Assembly: GCA_017540605.1 (NCBI GenBank)
Contig: JAFYAS010000046.1
Coordinates: 38,330 to 102,329, forward strand
Length of the DNA stretch: 64,000 nt
Source: Lachnospiraceae bacterium
GTDB lineage: Bacteria; Bacillota; Clostridia; Lachnospirales; Lachnospiraceae
Reading direction: 5' to 3'
Shown here piece after piece: positions 45,195 to 54,384 of the stretch. A program made the translations under genes and the position numbers. Position 1 is the stretch's first letter, and each line of letters begins with the position of its first letter. The notes under the pieces were generated by a model. The model was given only the letters and a program-made list of their open reading frames with translations. It was not told the DNA's origin and searched no databases.

Positions 45195-46775
45195 ATGAAA
45201 AAAGCATTCTATATTTTGATATTCATGTTGGGGATCGTTTTATTCCCGTCAAGCAATGCATTTGCTGCGAACGCTCCGGCAGATGCCAAGATCACTATCG
45301 AGCCTGCAGGCTGGGAGATTGATGCCAACTGGTCGGGCTACACTCCCCAGGGCAATGCTACCGGCGGCTTCACCATCATGAAGCAGACCACTACCACGGG
45401 AACAAAGAAGAGCACAGGATCATCCTCTACCGGCAGCAATTCAGGGGGAGATACCCCTTCAGTACTTAAGATCCCCGATAAGGTAAAGATCACAGTTGAG
45501 TATTCATATGAGGACTCAGCCGGCAAAAAAAATACGGTAAAGAAGTCCTACGAAAAGGATGTCACCGAGCTTGCCGACAACCTCTTCTATGAGAATGATA
45601 CTCTTGACGAGGTGGTCATCCCCTCTACCTGTATCAAGGTTGGAAGCTATGCATTTTATAATTGCAGGAACCTAAAGAAGGTGACTATCCCCTCAAGCGT
45701 TAAGGAGCTTGGGGAGGGTGCCTTTGAGTACTGCTCAGGACTTGCCTCTGTCACCATCCCTTCAAGGATCACAGAGATAAAGAGACACGCCTTCTTTAAA
45801 TGTACTGCCATGACAGAGCTTGAATTTATGCTTCCCTCAACGGTTCAAACCATCGGGCCTTCGGCTTTTTCAGGCTGCTCGGCTCTTACATCGGTCACTA
45901 TACCCACATCGGTTCAGAATATCACGGATGACGCTTTTGAGAACTGTTCCTCTTTATCAGAGGTCATCATCCTCTCAGGCGGTACCAATGTGACTATTGG
46001 AAAAGGCTCCTTCGAGGGTTGTACAAGTCTTCAAAGCATCACTCTTCCATCAAGTGTGGTTTCCATCGGACCCTACGCATTTTGGAAATGCAGCTCACTG
46101 TCTCATGTGGATATTCCTGACAATATGCTTTATTCAAGCATCAGCGACCACGCCTTTGACGGCTGCAGTCCAACACTAGAGCTTACCTCAGGTAAGACGA
46201 GCGCTGTAGGTACCTATGCCAACAAACATAATATCCGCTTTAAGTATAGGACAGGAAGTATATCAAGTCTTTTCCTTAAATCAGACACTCTCACCTGGTC
46301 AGGCAATCCTAGAAAGGCAACGATACAAACAGTAAGAGACGCTGAAGGAAAGCTCCTTAACAAGAACGATTATACGGTAGAATATACCAACAATAAAAAG
46401 GTCGGCACTGCCACCGTCACGGTTACAGCTACCGACGCAAGCCACTATACAGGCTCTGCAAGCTCCACATTTACCATCATTCCGAGAAAGCCTGTTATCC
46501 AAAAGGCCGTTGGCGGTTGGGGCAAGGCTTCGATCTCCTGGACAAAAAGAGAGGAGGCCGGTGGTTATCAGATAAAGTATTCAAGATATAAAAGCTTCAA
46601 GGAAAGCTCAACAACCACCAGATCAAAGAAACTTAAAAAAGCAGATAACACAAGCATTGTGCTTTCACTTACTCCGGGTAAGACCTATTATGTAAAGGTC
46701 AGAGCCTACAAATCAGTCGGCGGAGTTAAGTATTATTCAAAATGGTCAAAGGTTAAGACCTTTAAGACAAGATAA
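45195..46775 (+). CDS. Secreted leucine-rich repeat (BspA-type LRR_5) protein with C-terminal Ig/FN3-like modules
   Basis: A signal peptide (SSNAFA/AN) is followed by repeated ...L..V.IP.SV..IG..AF..C..L... units about 23 aa long. The C-terminus is FN3-like (GKTYYVKVRAYK). Confidence 0.85.
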   Translation: MKKAFYILIFMLGIVLFPSSNAFAANAPADAKITIEPAGWEIDANWSGYTPQGNATGGFTIMKQTTTTGTKKSTGSSSTGSNSGGDTPSVLKIPDKVKITVEYSYEDSAGKKNTVKKSYEKDVTELADNLFYENDTLDEVVIPSTCIKVGSYAFYNCRNLKKVTIPSSVKELGEGAFEYCSGLASVTIPSRITEIKRHAFFKCTAMTELEFMLPSTVQTIGPSAFSGCSALTSVTIPTSVQNITDDAFENCSSLSEVIILSGGTNVTIGKGSFEGCTSLQSITLPSSVVSIGPYAFWKCSSLSHVDIPDNMLYSSISDHAFDGCSPTLELTSGKTSAVGTYANKHNIRFKYRTGSISSLFLKSDTLTWSGNPRKATIQTVRDAEGKLLNKNDYTVEYTNNKKVGTATVTVTATDASHYTGSASSTFTIIPRKPVIQKAVGGWGKASISWTKREEAGGYQIKYSRYKSFKESSTTTRSKKLKKADNTSIVLSLTPGKTYYVKVRAYKSVGGVKYYSKWSKVKTFKTR

Positions 46776-46782
46776 GGAAAAC

Positions 46783-46802
46783 GGGACGGCCCACACCGTC
46801 CC
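46783..46802. terminator. Bidirectional terminator hairpin between convergent genes
   Basis: GGGACGG-CCCACA-CCGTCCC is followed by ATTTTATTATTT. Confidence 0.7.
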
Positions 46803-46808
46803 ATTTTA

Positions 46809-48113
46809 TTATTTCTCACCTGATATTGCCTTTTTCATAGCATCAAGTGTATTTCTTGCACATTCCTCAACACTCTGTTTATCAAATATATATTCATCCG
46901 CTCCAACCTTGAATGCATCTATGATCTTTTCATTCTCCATATTGGGAATCATAAGGTTAAGGCTTTCGATATTCTTATTGAGCTCCATAGTGGCTTTATA
47001 TTCATTGGTCTCGGAAAGCCCCTCCTCAGACAAGGTCTTTATGGCTGCACTGCTTACAGGAACACCCTTCTCTGTCTGCTGAAGCTTTACCATATCGGGA
47101 TCATTTAGAAGATAATCAAGTAGCTTTGCAGCTTCCTCAGGATGCACGGTATCTGCACTTATGGCCCACATAGTGGCAGGCTTTATATACCAGCCGGAAA
47201 GTTTTGAACCATTAAGCTTTGGATAACTTGCTCTTACTACCTTCGCTCCGGTCTCAGCAAGTCCATCGCAATAGATCTTTGTATCGCTGATCCAGCACAT
47301 AGCTCCCGCTATCTCTCCGGACATATATTTTGATCGTTCAAAAAGCTCGATAGGACAGGACACATGCTCATCTATCATCCTCTTGTAAAAGTCAAGAATA
47401 AAAGTCATCCCTTCTTCATCTATGACAAGCCCTCCATCCTGCGAAAACATCTGCTTACCATAGGTTTGCTCATAGTAGGAAAGAAGCAGAAGAAACATCT
47501 GTTTTTTACTCATTCCAAGGACATATTTTCCATCGGGAGCCATTGCCTTTCCCATATTTAGAAGATCATCCCAGGTCTCAGGAACCTTTAGTCCATATTT
47601 ATCAAGCACATCCTGGTTGTAATAAAAGGTATGGGAATTCATGGCTATTGGAAGAGCATTTAGCTTTCCGTTCTTCATACCGTAGGACTTCTCTTCCTCG
47701 GTGAAGTTGTCAAGATCTATATAATCAGCCAACTTATTCAGATCATAGAATCCATTCCCATCCGGAGAATACTGATCAAGCCAAGCATAGTTGATCTGCA
47801 TCACATCCGTCTCTGTATGAGATTCCATCCATACCTTTGTGCGTTTCTCGTATCCGTTCCATTCACCATAGCGATAATCTACCGCTATACCCGGATTCTT
47901 CATGTGAAACACATCCACGCCTTCCATGGTATATTTATGTCTTCCGTCATTGCCCCACCAGGACATGCGTATCCTGACTTCATCCTGTCGGTCTGTCACG
48001 CTTACCGTATTTACCTTTGCTTCATCGAGCTTGACGATGATCGCGACGGAACCTGCTACTATCAGGATTATCAATATCAGCATCGCTATTCTCTGCCGTC
48101 TGTACTCCTTCAT
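46809..48113 (-). CDS. Membrane-anchored extracellular solute-binding protein (ABC SBP family 1-like) without cognate permease genes
   Basis: An N-terminal TM anchor (IAMLILIILIVAGSVAIIV) is followed by a ~400-aa SBP-like fold with sugar-binding-type sequence features. Its start overlaps the stop of the GGDEF gene (ATGA). Confidence 0.75.
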   Translation of the reverse strand: MKEYRRQRIAMLILIILIVAGSVAIIVKLDEAKVNTVSVTDRQDEVRIRMSWWGNDGRHKYTMEGVDVFHMKNPGIAVDYRYGEWNGYEKRTKVWMESHTETDVMQINYAWLDQYSPDGNGFYDLNKLADYIDLDNFTEEEKSYGMKNGKLNALPIAMNSHTFYYNQDVLDKYGLKVPETWDDLLNMGKAMAPDGKYVLGMSKKQMFLLLLSYYEQTYGKQMFSQDGGLVIDEEGMTFILDFYKRMIDEHVSCPIELFERSKYMSGEIAGAMCWISDTKIYCDGLAETGAKVVRASYPKLNGSKLSGWYIKPATMWAISADTVHPEEAAKLLDYLLNDPDMVKLQQTEKGVPVSSAAIKTLSEEGLSETNEYKATMELNKNIESLNLMIPNMENEKIIDAFKVGADEYIFDKQSVEECARNTLDAMKKAISGEK

Positions 48114-49624
48114 GACAATCCCCCCTGCAATTCATCATAAAATGTAAACCTTGATTTTCCGGTGTTCTTTGAGTTGTAGAGCGCCTTATCCGCCTTTTGA
48201 TAGAGTTCGTTGAAATCAGGCTTTTCCTTATCTGTCAGATATACTCCCGCACTAAGAGATACATCGCACTGCTCTCTCTCCTTGTGGAATTCTCCGGCAA
48301 AGGCATTCATAACCTTCTTCATCTGCTCTTTAACTGACCTTTCCGCATCATCATATTTCAAATCGGTGAATTCAGTAAAAAGAGCAAACTCATCTCCGCC
48401 CAATCGTCCGATCCTGGTGTCGTCTTCATACATACTTCTTAAAAGCTCACCCACACGGATGATCACCTGATCTCCGTATGCATGTCCCAGCTTATCATTT
48501 ACCTGCTTAAAATTGTCCATATCAAGCATCACGAAGGCCAGGATCCTATTTTTACTGCTGTCTGTAAGTCTCTCCGTTACCTCTTCCTCGAAGGTTGCCT
48601 TGTTCATAACACCCGAAAGCCTGTCAACCTCTGCTCTCTCCTGAAGTGATGAAACCATACCATCCATAGGTCTTGAAAGTCTTCTGATCATAACAAGTCC
48701 TAAAAGAGCAAAGAGTATGGCCATGATACCTGAGGCTCTAAGGGTGAAAAGTCTAAGCTTTATATTCTCGTTCAAAATAATCTTTGTGGGGATAGAACAG
48801 ATAACTCTCCATGAGTTACTGCAGAGATTGGAATTTATGATATAATCCCTTGTGATCACGGATCTAGAAGTACCTAAGTCATTTTTAAGCTGTCCCGCAA
48901 TCTCAAAAGGGATCTTTTTGCCAATCTCTTCTTCAAAGTTTGAAGAAAAAATAATCCCGTCCTCTGCATCCACAAGTCTTACCGTCATGCCCTCAAGCTG
49001 CTCCGGATAGATAAATACTGATAAAAGCTCTCTGGTATAAGTGGATGCAACCAATATGGCATTGGGATTAAGTCGCTTGACATAAAACATTCGGTCAGTA
49101 TTTCCACCTATACCAAAGCACCATCCATCATTCTTCTTTTCATTTACTATGTATTTTGAAAATGCTTCATAGATGCCGCCCTCAGGAAAAAGATCCTCGG
49201 TACCGTGAGATATCCAACCCACATGATGATCGTCAGAATAAATGATACCAAAATCGGAATAATTCTCCATAAGACCGATATCCACTATCCTGTTGTTTAT
49301 GGTTTCTTCATTCTTTACCTTATTGTATTCCTCTATCCCGGGATCGGTGGCGTCATAGAGATAGATGCTCTCATCAGAAAAAAGCAGAGTAGATATAGTC
49401 TCCACCCTCTCAAGATAAGAGTTGATATTCAGTTCAAGCTGACGGCTGTTGGCTGCTATAAGCTCGGATGATGTCTGCTGCAAGGCAGACCTTGATCTTC
49501 CAAGTATAACAAAATCCAAAAATACCGTAACAATAAGGATGATAGCCGCGAACACCACAAGTATCTCTATCAAAAACCACCTGAAGCGTTCGCCGGATTC
49601 AACCTTTCTTTCCTTTTTTAACAT
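48110..49624 (-). CDS. Sensor diguanylate cyclase (two TM helices, Cache-like extracytoplasmic domain, GGDEF)
   Basis: The order is TM1, a ~270-aa extracytoplasmic region, TM2, then a GGDEF domain with an intact RLGGDEFAL active site. Confidence 0.88.
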   Translation of the reverse strand: MLKKERKVESGERFRWFLIEILVVFAAIILIVTVFLDFVILGRSRSALQQTSSELIAANSRQLELNINSYLERVETISTLLFSDESIYLYDATDPGIEEYNKVKNEETINNRIVDIGLMENYSDFGIIYSDDHHVGWISHGTEDLFPEGGIYEAFSKYIVNEKKNDGWCFGIGGNTDRMFYVKRLNPNAILVASTYTRELLSVFIYPEQLEGMTVRLVDAEDGIIFSSNFEEEIGKKIPFEIAGQLKNDLGTSRSVITRDYIINSNLCSNSWRVICSIPTKIILNENIKLRLFTLRASGIMAILFALLGLVMIRRLSRPMDGMVSSLQERAEVDRLSGVMNKATFEEEVTERLTDSSKNRILAFVMLDMDNFKQVNDKLGHAYGDQVIIRVGELLRSMYEDDTRIGRLGGDEFALFTEFTDLKYDDAERSVKEQMKKVMNAFAGEFHKEREQCDVSLSAGVYLTDKEKPDFNELYQKADKALYNSKNTGKSRFTFYDELQGGLS

Positions 49625-49625
49625 C

Positions 49626-52600
49626 CTACTGATCCTCTTGCTCGATCACTGTACTTCCATTGATGGTGATCTCTGACCGAACAAATTTCTTTATATAATC
49701 CTCATCAGAGGCGTCTGTTATCTTACCTGTCTCAGTCCTAAGATCGAGATTCATATCCACATTGTAGCACTCAACCTTCGTTTTTCCGGAATGACCACCA
49801 AAGGCGTAGGCATTCCTTCCAAAGCCTAAATACTTGATGCCGGCTGTTTCTATCTTGAAATCAGTATCTCCCTCAATGCTTCCTATACCAATGGTGTCAT
49901 CACCTCGAACATTGATAACGGTACTCATATCATACAAATGAACCTTGGCCCTTTGACCATTTAAAGAGCCTATGGCTGCCATCCTTGATGAATTGCCTAT
50001 ACATTTTACAAGGCTTCGCCAGATAGTGATATCAATGTTGTTATTTACACTTCCGATCAGAACTCCTCTATGGAAGGCCGCATTAATGGTCATATCGCAA
50101 TCATGTATGGATATACTTTCATCTCCATTTATAGAGCCGATACATACTCCTTCATCCACATCTATCGTAATATCGAACTTACCTCTTTGAACCTCTATGA
50201 TTCCTCCGAGCCCCGATCCGATACCGATGCATTTCATTCCATTCGCTTCAATGACGAGATCACCATCCTGATAAAACTCAAGTTTTCCGTGGCGGCTCTT
50301 GTCATCATTACCTATACCATAGGTCTCCGCACCTGATAGCTTAAGTTTCAGATCGCCGTCTCCCTCGATCAAAATAGAAGAGGATTCCGGAACAAGTATT
50401 CCGCCTCCATAAAGTACATTGTCACCGCAAAGCTTTAGGGTAAGCTTACAATTCTCACCGATCCTGATACAAGGTCTTCCTTTTTTGGTGGAAAGGGTAA
50501 CATTCTCAAAGGTTATCCTTCCCTCAAAGCCCTCCTTTACCTCTATTTGCATATCAGACTTCACACCGGGGGTACCGGCTATGGTTAAATCTATGTGAGT
50601 AGCAGCTTTATCCCCTATCACAATGGTATTTATCTCTTCTTTTATGAGAGAATTGAGACTTACGCGTCTTGATTGTCCGGCTATATATGGCATATTCATA
50701 ATGCCGTCCACCTTGTCCTTATGGTGTCTTGCGATCTCCTGCATGATGCTTTCATCAACTGAAGGAATGATCTCTTCCTTGGGTCGTGCCACATAATAGC
50801 CCTGTATAAGATCGGCTCCCAGTCTAATAACAGTACGCAGCTCTTCAGTAGTCTCTACACCCTCGGCCAATGCCATGATACCATTGTCATGGCAGAACTC
50901 TATCGCCTCCCTGACAAAGTGCTGCTTTGACTTGCTGTTCTCTATTCCCGTCAAAAGCGATCTGTCAATCTTCACATAATCAGGCATATAGCGTAGAAGA
51001 TTGTTGACATTGGAATAGCCGGTGCCATAATCATCTACAGCCAGCTCGGTTCCCATCTTCTTGTATTGTTCCTTTAATTCGTCAAGCTCCTCGTCCTGAA
51101 GCTCTGACTGCTCCGTAAGCTCTACTACTATGGTTCCCGCATTGGCAGACAAGAGCCTTTCGATCTTCATGACATCATTTCTTTCGATCTTGCTGCCGGG
51201 AATACTGTTTATGAATACCTTTCGATCCTTAAATAGTTCCTTTGAATTCTCAACGATATCCAGAACATTTAAAAAGGTGGCCCTTTCTATATCCGTAAGT
51301 CTTCCGAGTATGTCGGCATACTTTATGATCTTTAAGGGAGAAATGAATTTCTCGGTCTTTGATCTCATAAGAGCTTCATAGGAATAGATCCTTCCATCAA
51401 CTGCATTTACAATAGGCTGGAAATGATATTTCAAAAGATTGTTATCAAGTATCCTCTCCACCTCCTGAAGCTCCTCCACCTCTTCCTCAGAAAGATGAGG
51501 GAGAGCTTTGGTCGCTCCGCCAAAAACTGAAAGGTCAGAAAACTTGGTAAATGCTTTCCTAAGAGTTCCATCCCTCAAAGCCTCTAATATATAATTCTTC
51601 CTCAAGCACTCAAAGCCGAGGGAAATAGAATACATCCATAGCCTGTAGGTCTCTTCATATCCGGAAGGAATATCTCCGTAGCTGACCACAGCATAACCGA
51701 TAGACTGATCTCCAACATATATAGGAGTAAAGATATAGCCCTGGGGGTTCTCGTGAATAGGATGCTCCGGAAGCATTTCCTTCTTATCAAAACATTCGGA
51801 TGTGCTTATCTTACAACAGGTACTATCGCTATTGTAGGAAATAGCTGCAAGCAACTGATCGGTATAGCCCTCGTTGATGATCTCTGCAGTAAAGAGCTTT
51901 TCGGGCTCAGTCCACATATCATTCAAGCATAAAAAGAATGATTTGACTCCCTTGATATAATGGATATTGTCATATACAACTTCAAGGAAATCCGAAAGCT
52001 CGTTGCTCCTTATAAGGTCGCCAAGGAGCATATTGTGTATAGAATAATAGCTTTCCTCCGAATCTGCCGTCGCCCAGGAATCCCTTTTTGCAGTATTGAA
52101 GAGACTCTGATCCATTTCACAGCCACAGCTTTCACCAACATAGAGAGTGGGCTCGTATTCGGGCTGTCCGATCTCTTCTCCATTTTTCAGCTTCATCAAA
52201 GCATCTACTGAAAACTCTCCATAGCTTTCTGCAGGTATATATGTAGATGTAAGAGAACGGGGGCTGTTCTGACCTTCCTCAGTAGTTCCGTAGCCAACGA
52301 TAGCTATATCCTCAGGTACCTTTATACCACTCTTTTCGAGCTCGGCAGCTAACCCGATAGCCATACAATCATTGGCACAGGCAACAGCATCCGGAAAATT
52401 CTCTCTATCTCTAAGCAACATTTCCGCGGTAGCTGCGCCACTTGTATACCAGAAATCTCCATAGATCATATGATCCTCTTTTATAGGCAGATCATGATCC
52501 TTCATTGCCATCTTGTATGCTTCAAGTCTCATCTCACTATGCTGATGCCCTCTCCGTCCGGTAAGATAAGCAATATCCTTATATCCATGAACCTCTATCA

Positions 52601-52976
52601 AATGAGAGATAGTCTTATACACGGAACGATATCCCGTAGTCCAAAAGCAGGGGAAATACTCACTGTCACGGTCAACAAAAAGAACAATGCCCTTAAAGCA
52701 CTCCTTTATCTTTTTTTCTATCTTCTTTACTGCACCGGGAGTCTGGATAAGATCCGCAAGGACGATCACCGAATCGAATTCATCATAATTGATGGCGTTG
52801 TAAATATTCACATCACCAATCTCTCGTTCCTTGGTATCCTGATATTTTATGTACATGGAAAATGCATAGACATCATAAGAAAGCTCAAATGCCCTCTTCA
52901 TGATTCCCTTTAAAAAGCTGTTCTGATATGATTCATCTGCCTGCGCAAGTAAAACCGCGATCTTCTTTCTCTCCAT
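49626..52976 (-). CDS. Multidomain c-di-GMP phosphodiesterase candidate: LacI-type sugar-binding (PBP1) domain, central sensor-like region, EAL domain, C-terminal beta-solenoid-like region
   Basis: The EAL motifs YEALMR, DDYGTGYS, KIDRSL, EGVET and QGYY are present. The N-terminus (KKIAVLLAQADESYQ...AVACANDCMAIG) is Peripla_BP-like. The likely start is the ATG at 52976 (or 52982). Codons upstream of it, to 53078, derive from the repeat element. Confidence 0.85.
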   Translation of the reverse strand: MERKKIAVLLAQADESYQNSFLKGIMKRAFELSYDVYAFSMYIKYQDTKEREIGDVNIYNAINYDEFDSVIVLADLIQTPGAVKKIEKKIKECFKGIVLFVDRDSEYFPCFWTTGYRSVYKTISHLIEVHGYKDIAYLTGRRGHQHSEMRLEAYKMAMKDHDLPIKEDHMIYGDFWYTSGAATAEMLLRDRENFPDAVACANDCMAIGLAAELEKSGIKVPEDIAIVGYGTTEEGQNSPRSLTSTYIPAESYGEFSVDALMKLKNGEEIGQPEYEPTLYVGESCGCEMDQSLFNTAKRDSWATADSEESYYSIHNMLLGDLIRSNELSDFLEVVYDNIHYIKGVKSFFLCLNDMWTEPEKLFTAEIINEGYTDQLLAAISYNSDSTCCKISTSECFDKKEMLPEHPIHENPQGYIFTPIYVGDQSIGYAVVSYGDIPSGYEETYRLWMYSISLGFECLRKNYILEALRDGTLRKAFTKFSDLSVFGGATKALPHLSEEEVEELQEVERILDNNLLKYHFQPIVNAVDGRIYSYEALMRSKTEKFISPLKIIKYADILGRLTDIERATFLNVLDIVENSKELFKDRKVFINSIPGSKIERNDVMKIERLLSANAGTIVVELTEQSELQDEELDELKEQYKKMGTELAVDDYGTGYSNVNNLLRYMPDYVKIDRSLLTGIENSKSKQHFVREAIEFCHDNGIMALAEGVETTEELRTVIRLGADLIQGYYVARPKEEIIPSVDESIMQEIARHHKDKVDGIMNMPYIAGQSRRVSLNSLIKEEINTIVIGDKAATHIDLTIAGTPGVKSDMQIEVKEGFEGRITFENVTLSTKKGRPCIRIGENCKLTLKLCGDNVLYGGGILVPESSSILIEGDGDLKLKLSGAETYGIGNDDKSRHGKLEFYQDGDLVIEANGMKCIGIGSGLGGIIEVQRGKFDITIDVDEGVCIGSINGDESISIHDCDMTINAAFHRGVLIGSVNNNIDITIWRSLVKCIGNSSRMAAIGSLNGQRAKVHLYDMSTVINVRGDDTIGIGSIEGDTDFKIETAGIKYLGFGRNAYAFGGHSGKTKVECYNVDMNLDLRTETGKITDASDEDYIKKFVRSEITINGSTVIEQEDQ

Positions 52977-53030
52977 AAGCATAACCCCTAAGTAAGCGTT
53001 CAAAATGCAACAATCCAAGATATTTTTACG

Positions 53031-53176
53031 TAACTGTTCAGCAGCTTCGCTGCTGCCAGTTACGAGCATCTCGCTCATTTAGAGACTTTGCTTCGCAAAG
53101 TGGAGCGAGATGCCTTCCTGCATCACATCTTAACACGCTCTGAACATCAAGTGTTCAGAGCTGTAGTGAACAGTTA
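53031..53176 (+). mobile_element. 146-bp MITE-like structured repeat, full-length copy B
   Basis: It matches copy A (3080-3225) at 142 of 146 positions and has the same 10-bp TIRs. The flanks TATTTTTACG and CTATTTTACT look like a decayed duplication. Confidence 0.7.
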
Positions 53177-53210
53177 CTATTTTACTATAAAATCAGGTTT
53201 ATTTCAATGT

Positions 53211-53238
53211 AAAAAACCCTGAGACCTAAGCCTCAGGG
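53211..53238 (-). terminator. Intrinsic terminator of tsf
   Basis: The stem CCCTGAG / CTCAGGG has an 8-nt loop and is followed on the minus strand by TTTTTT. Confidence 0.75.
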
Positions 53239-53257
53239 TTCATATCATATCTTGTTA

Positions 53258-54361
53258 TTATGCATTCATCTGAGCTGCAACCTCAGCTGCAAAATCCTCG
53301 TTCTTCTTCTCAAGTCCCTCACCGGTCTCGAAACGGATGAACTTCTTAAGCTTAAGATCAACGCCTTCTGCCTTTGCAACATTTGCTACATAAGCACCAA
53401 CGTTCTCCTTGTTCTCAGCCTGGAAATACTCCTGATCTACAAGGCAGATCTCCTTAAGATGCTTTGAGAAACGTCCCTCTACAAGACCTGCGAAGATCTT
53501 GTTCTCAAGATACTCAGCCTTGTGTGTAGCTGCGATATCTCTAAGAGTCTGAGCTGCTTCCTTTGAAAGGAAGTTGAAGAGATACTGCATATTGCTCTTC
53601 TTCTCTTCATATATAGCGATGTCCTCATCTGACCACTTCTTGCTCTCAATAGCCTCTGTGATAACTGCATTGAGGATGGGCTTGGGAAGTGATGCGGGAT
53701 CAGCAAGTGCGCTGTCGATAATGATCTCCTTCTCCTTAGCAAGTACATCCTGTGACATAGCCTCCCTGTTAAGGAACTGAGGATTCATTGCTGCAACCTG
53801 CATAGCTACATTCTCAAGGCAAGTCTTTACTGCATCGCTTGATGAGCTTGACTCTGCCTCTACTAAAACACCGATCTTTCCACCTGCGTGGATATATGAT
53901 ACTACGATACCGTCTGTTGTGATCTTCTCGAAACGTCTGATATCAAGCTTCTCGCCGATCTTTGCAACCATAGCGGTGTGCTTCTCATCAACAGTAGCAG
54001 CTGAATCATCAACCCACTTACATGCCTTAAGAGCCTCTACATCAGCTACGTCATTGGAAACGATAACCTCAAGGAGCTCATTAACATAGCCCTTGAATAC
54101 ATCGTTCTTTGCAACGAAGTCTGTCTCAGAGTTAACCTCTACGATAGCTGCCTTCTTGTCATCCTTTATTGTGGTAAGAACGATACCCTCAGCGGCGATC
54201 CTTCCTGCCTTCTTTGCTGCTGTAGCAAGTCCCTTCTTTCTGAGGAACTCAACAGCTGCATCAAAATCTCCCTCGGTCTCGGTAAGAGCCTTCTTACAGT
54301 CCATCATACCTGCACCGGTCATCTCTCTTAATTTCTTTACGTCCTGTGCTGAAATAGCCAT
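53258..54361 (-). CDS. tsf: Translation elongation factor Ts (with ~60-aa internal insertion)
   Basis: MAISAQDVKKLREMTGAGMMDCKKAL is the UBA-like N-terminus. EVNSETDFVAKN and VEGRFSKHLKEICLVDQ are conserved EF-Ts blocks. The rpsB-tsf synteny is present. Confidence 0.93.
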   Translation of the reverse strand: MAISAQDVKKLREMTGAGMMDCKKALTETEGDFDAAVEFLRKKGLATAAKKAGRIAAEGIVLTTIKDDKKAAIVEVNSETDFVAKNDVFKGYVNELLEVIVSNDVADVEALKACKWVDDSAATVDEKHTAMVAKIGEKLDIRRFEKITTDGIVVSYIHAGGKIGVLVEAESSSSSDAVKTCLENVAMQVAAMNPQFLNREAMSQDVLAKEKEIIIDSALADPASLPKPILNAVITEAIESKKWSDEDIAIYEEKKSNMQYLFNFLSKEAAQTLRDIAATHKAEYLENKIFAGLVEGRFSKHLKEICLVDQEYFQAENKENVGAYVANVAKAEGVDLKLKKFIRFETGEGLEKKNEDFAAEVAAQMNA

Positions 54362-54384
54362 TTCAATACTCCTCTCTATGCTTC

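Noticed and set aside
52977-53078. N-terminal 34-codon extension of the EAL gene (MSEMLVTGSSEAAEQLRKN...)
   Set aside because: The extension is the reverse-strand reading of the 146-bp repeat element. The same codons end in a stop in copy A. An RBS-like AGGGG precedes the internal ATG at 52976.
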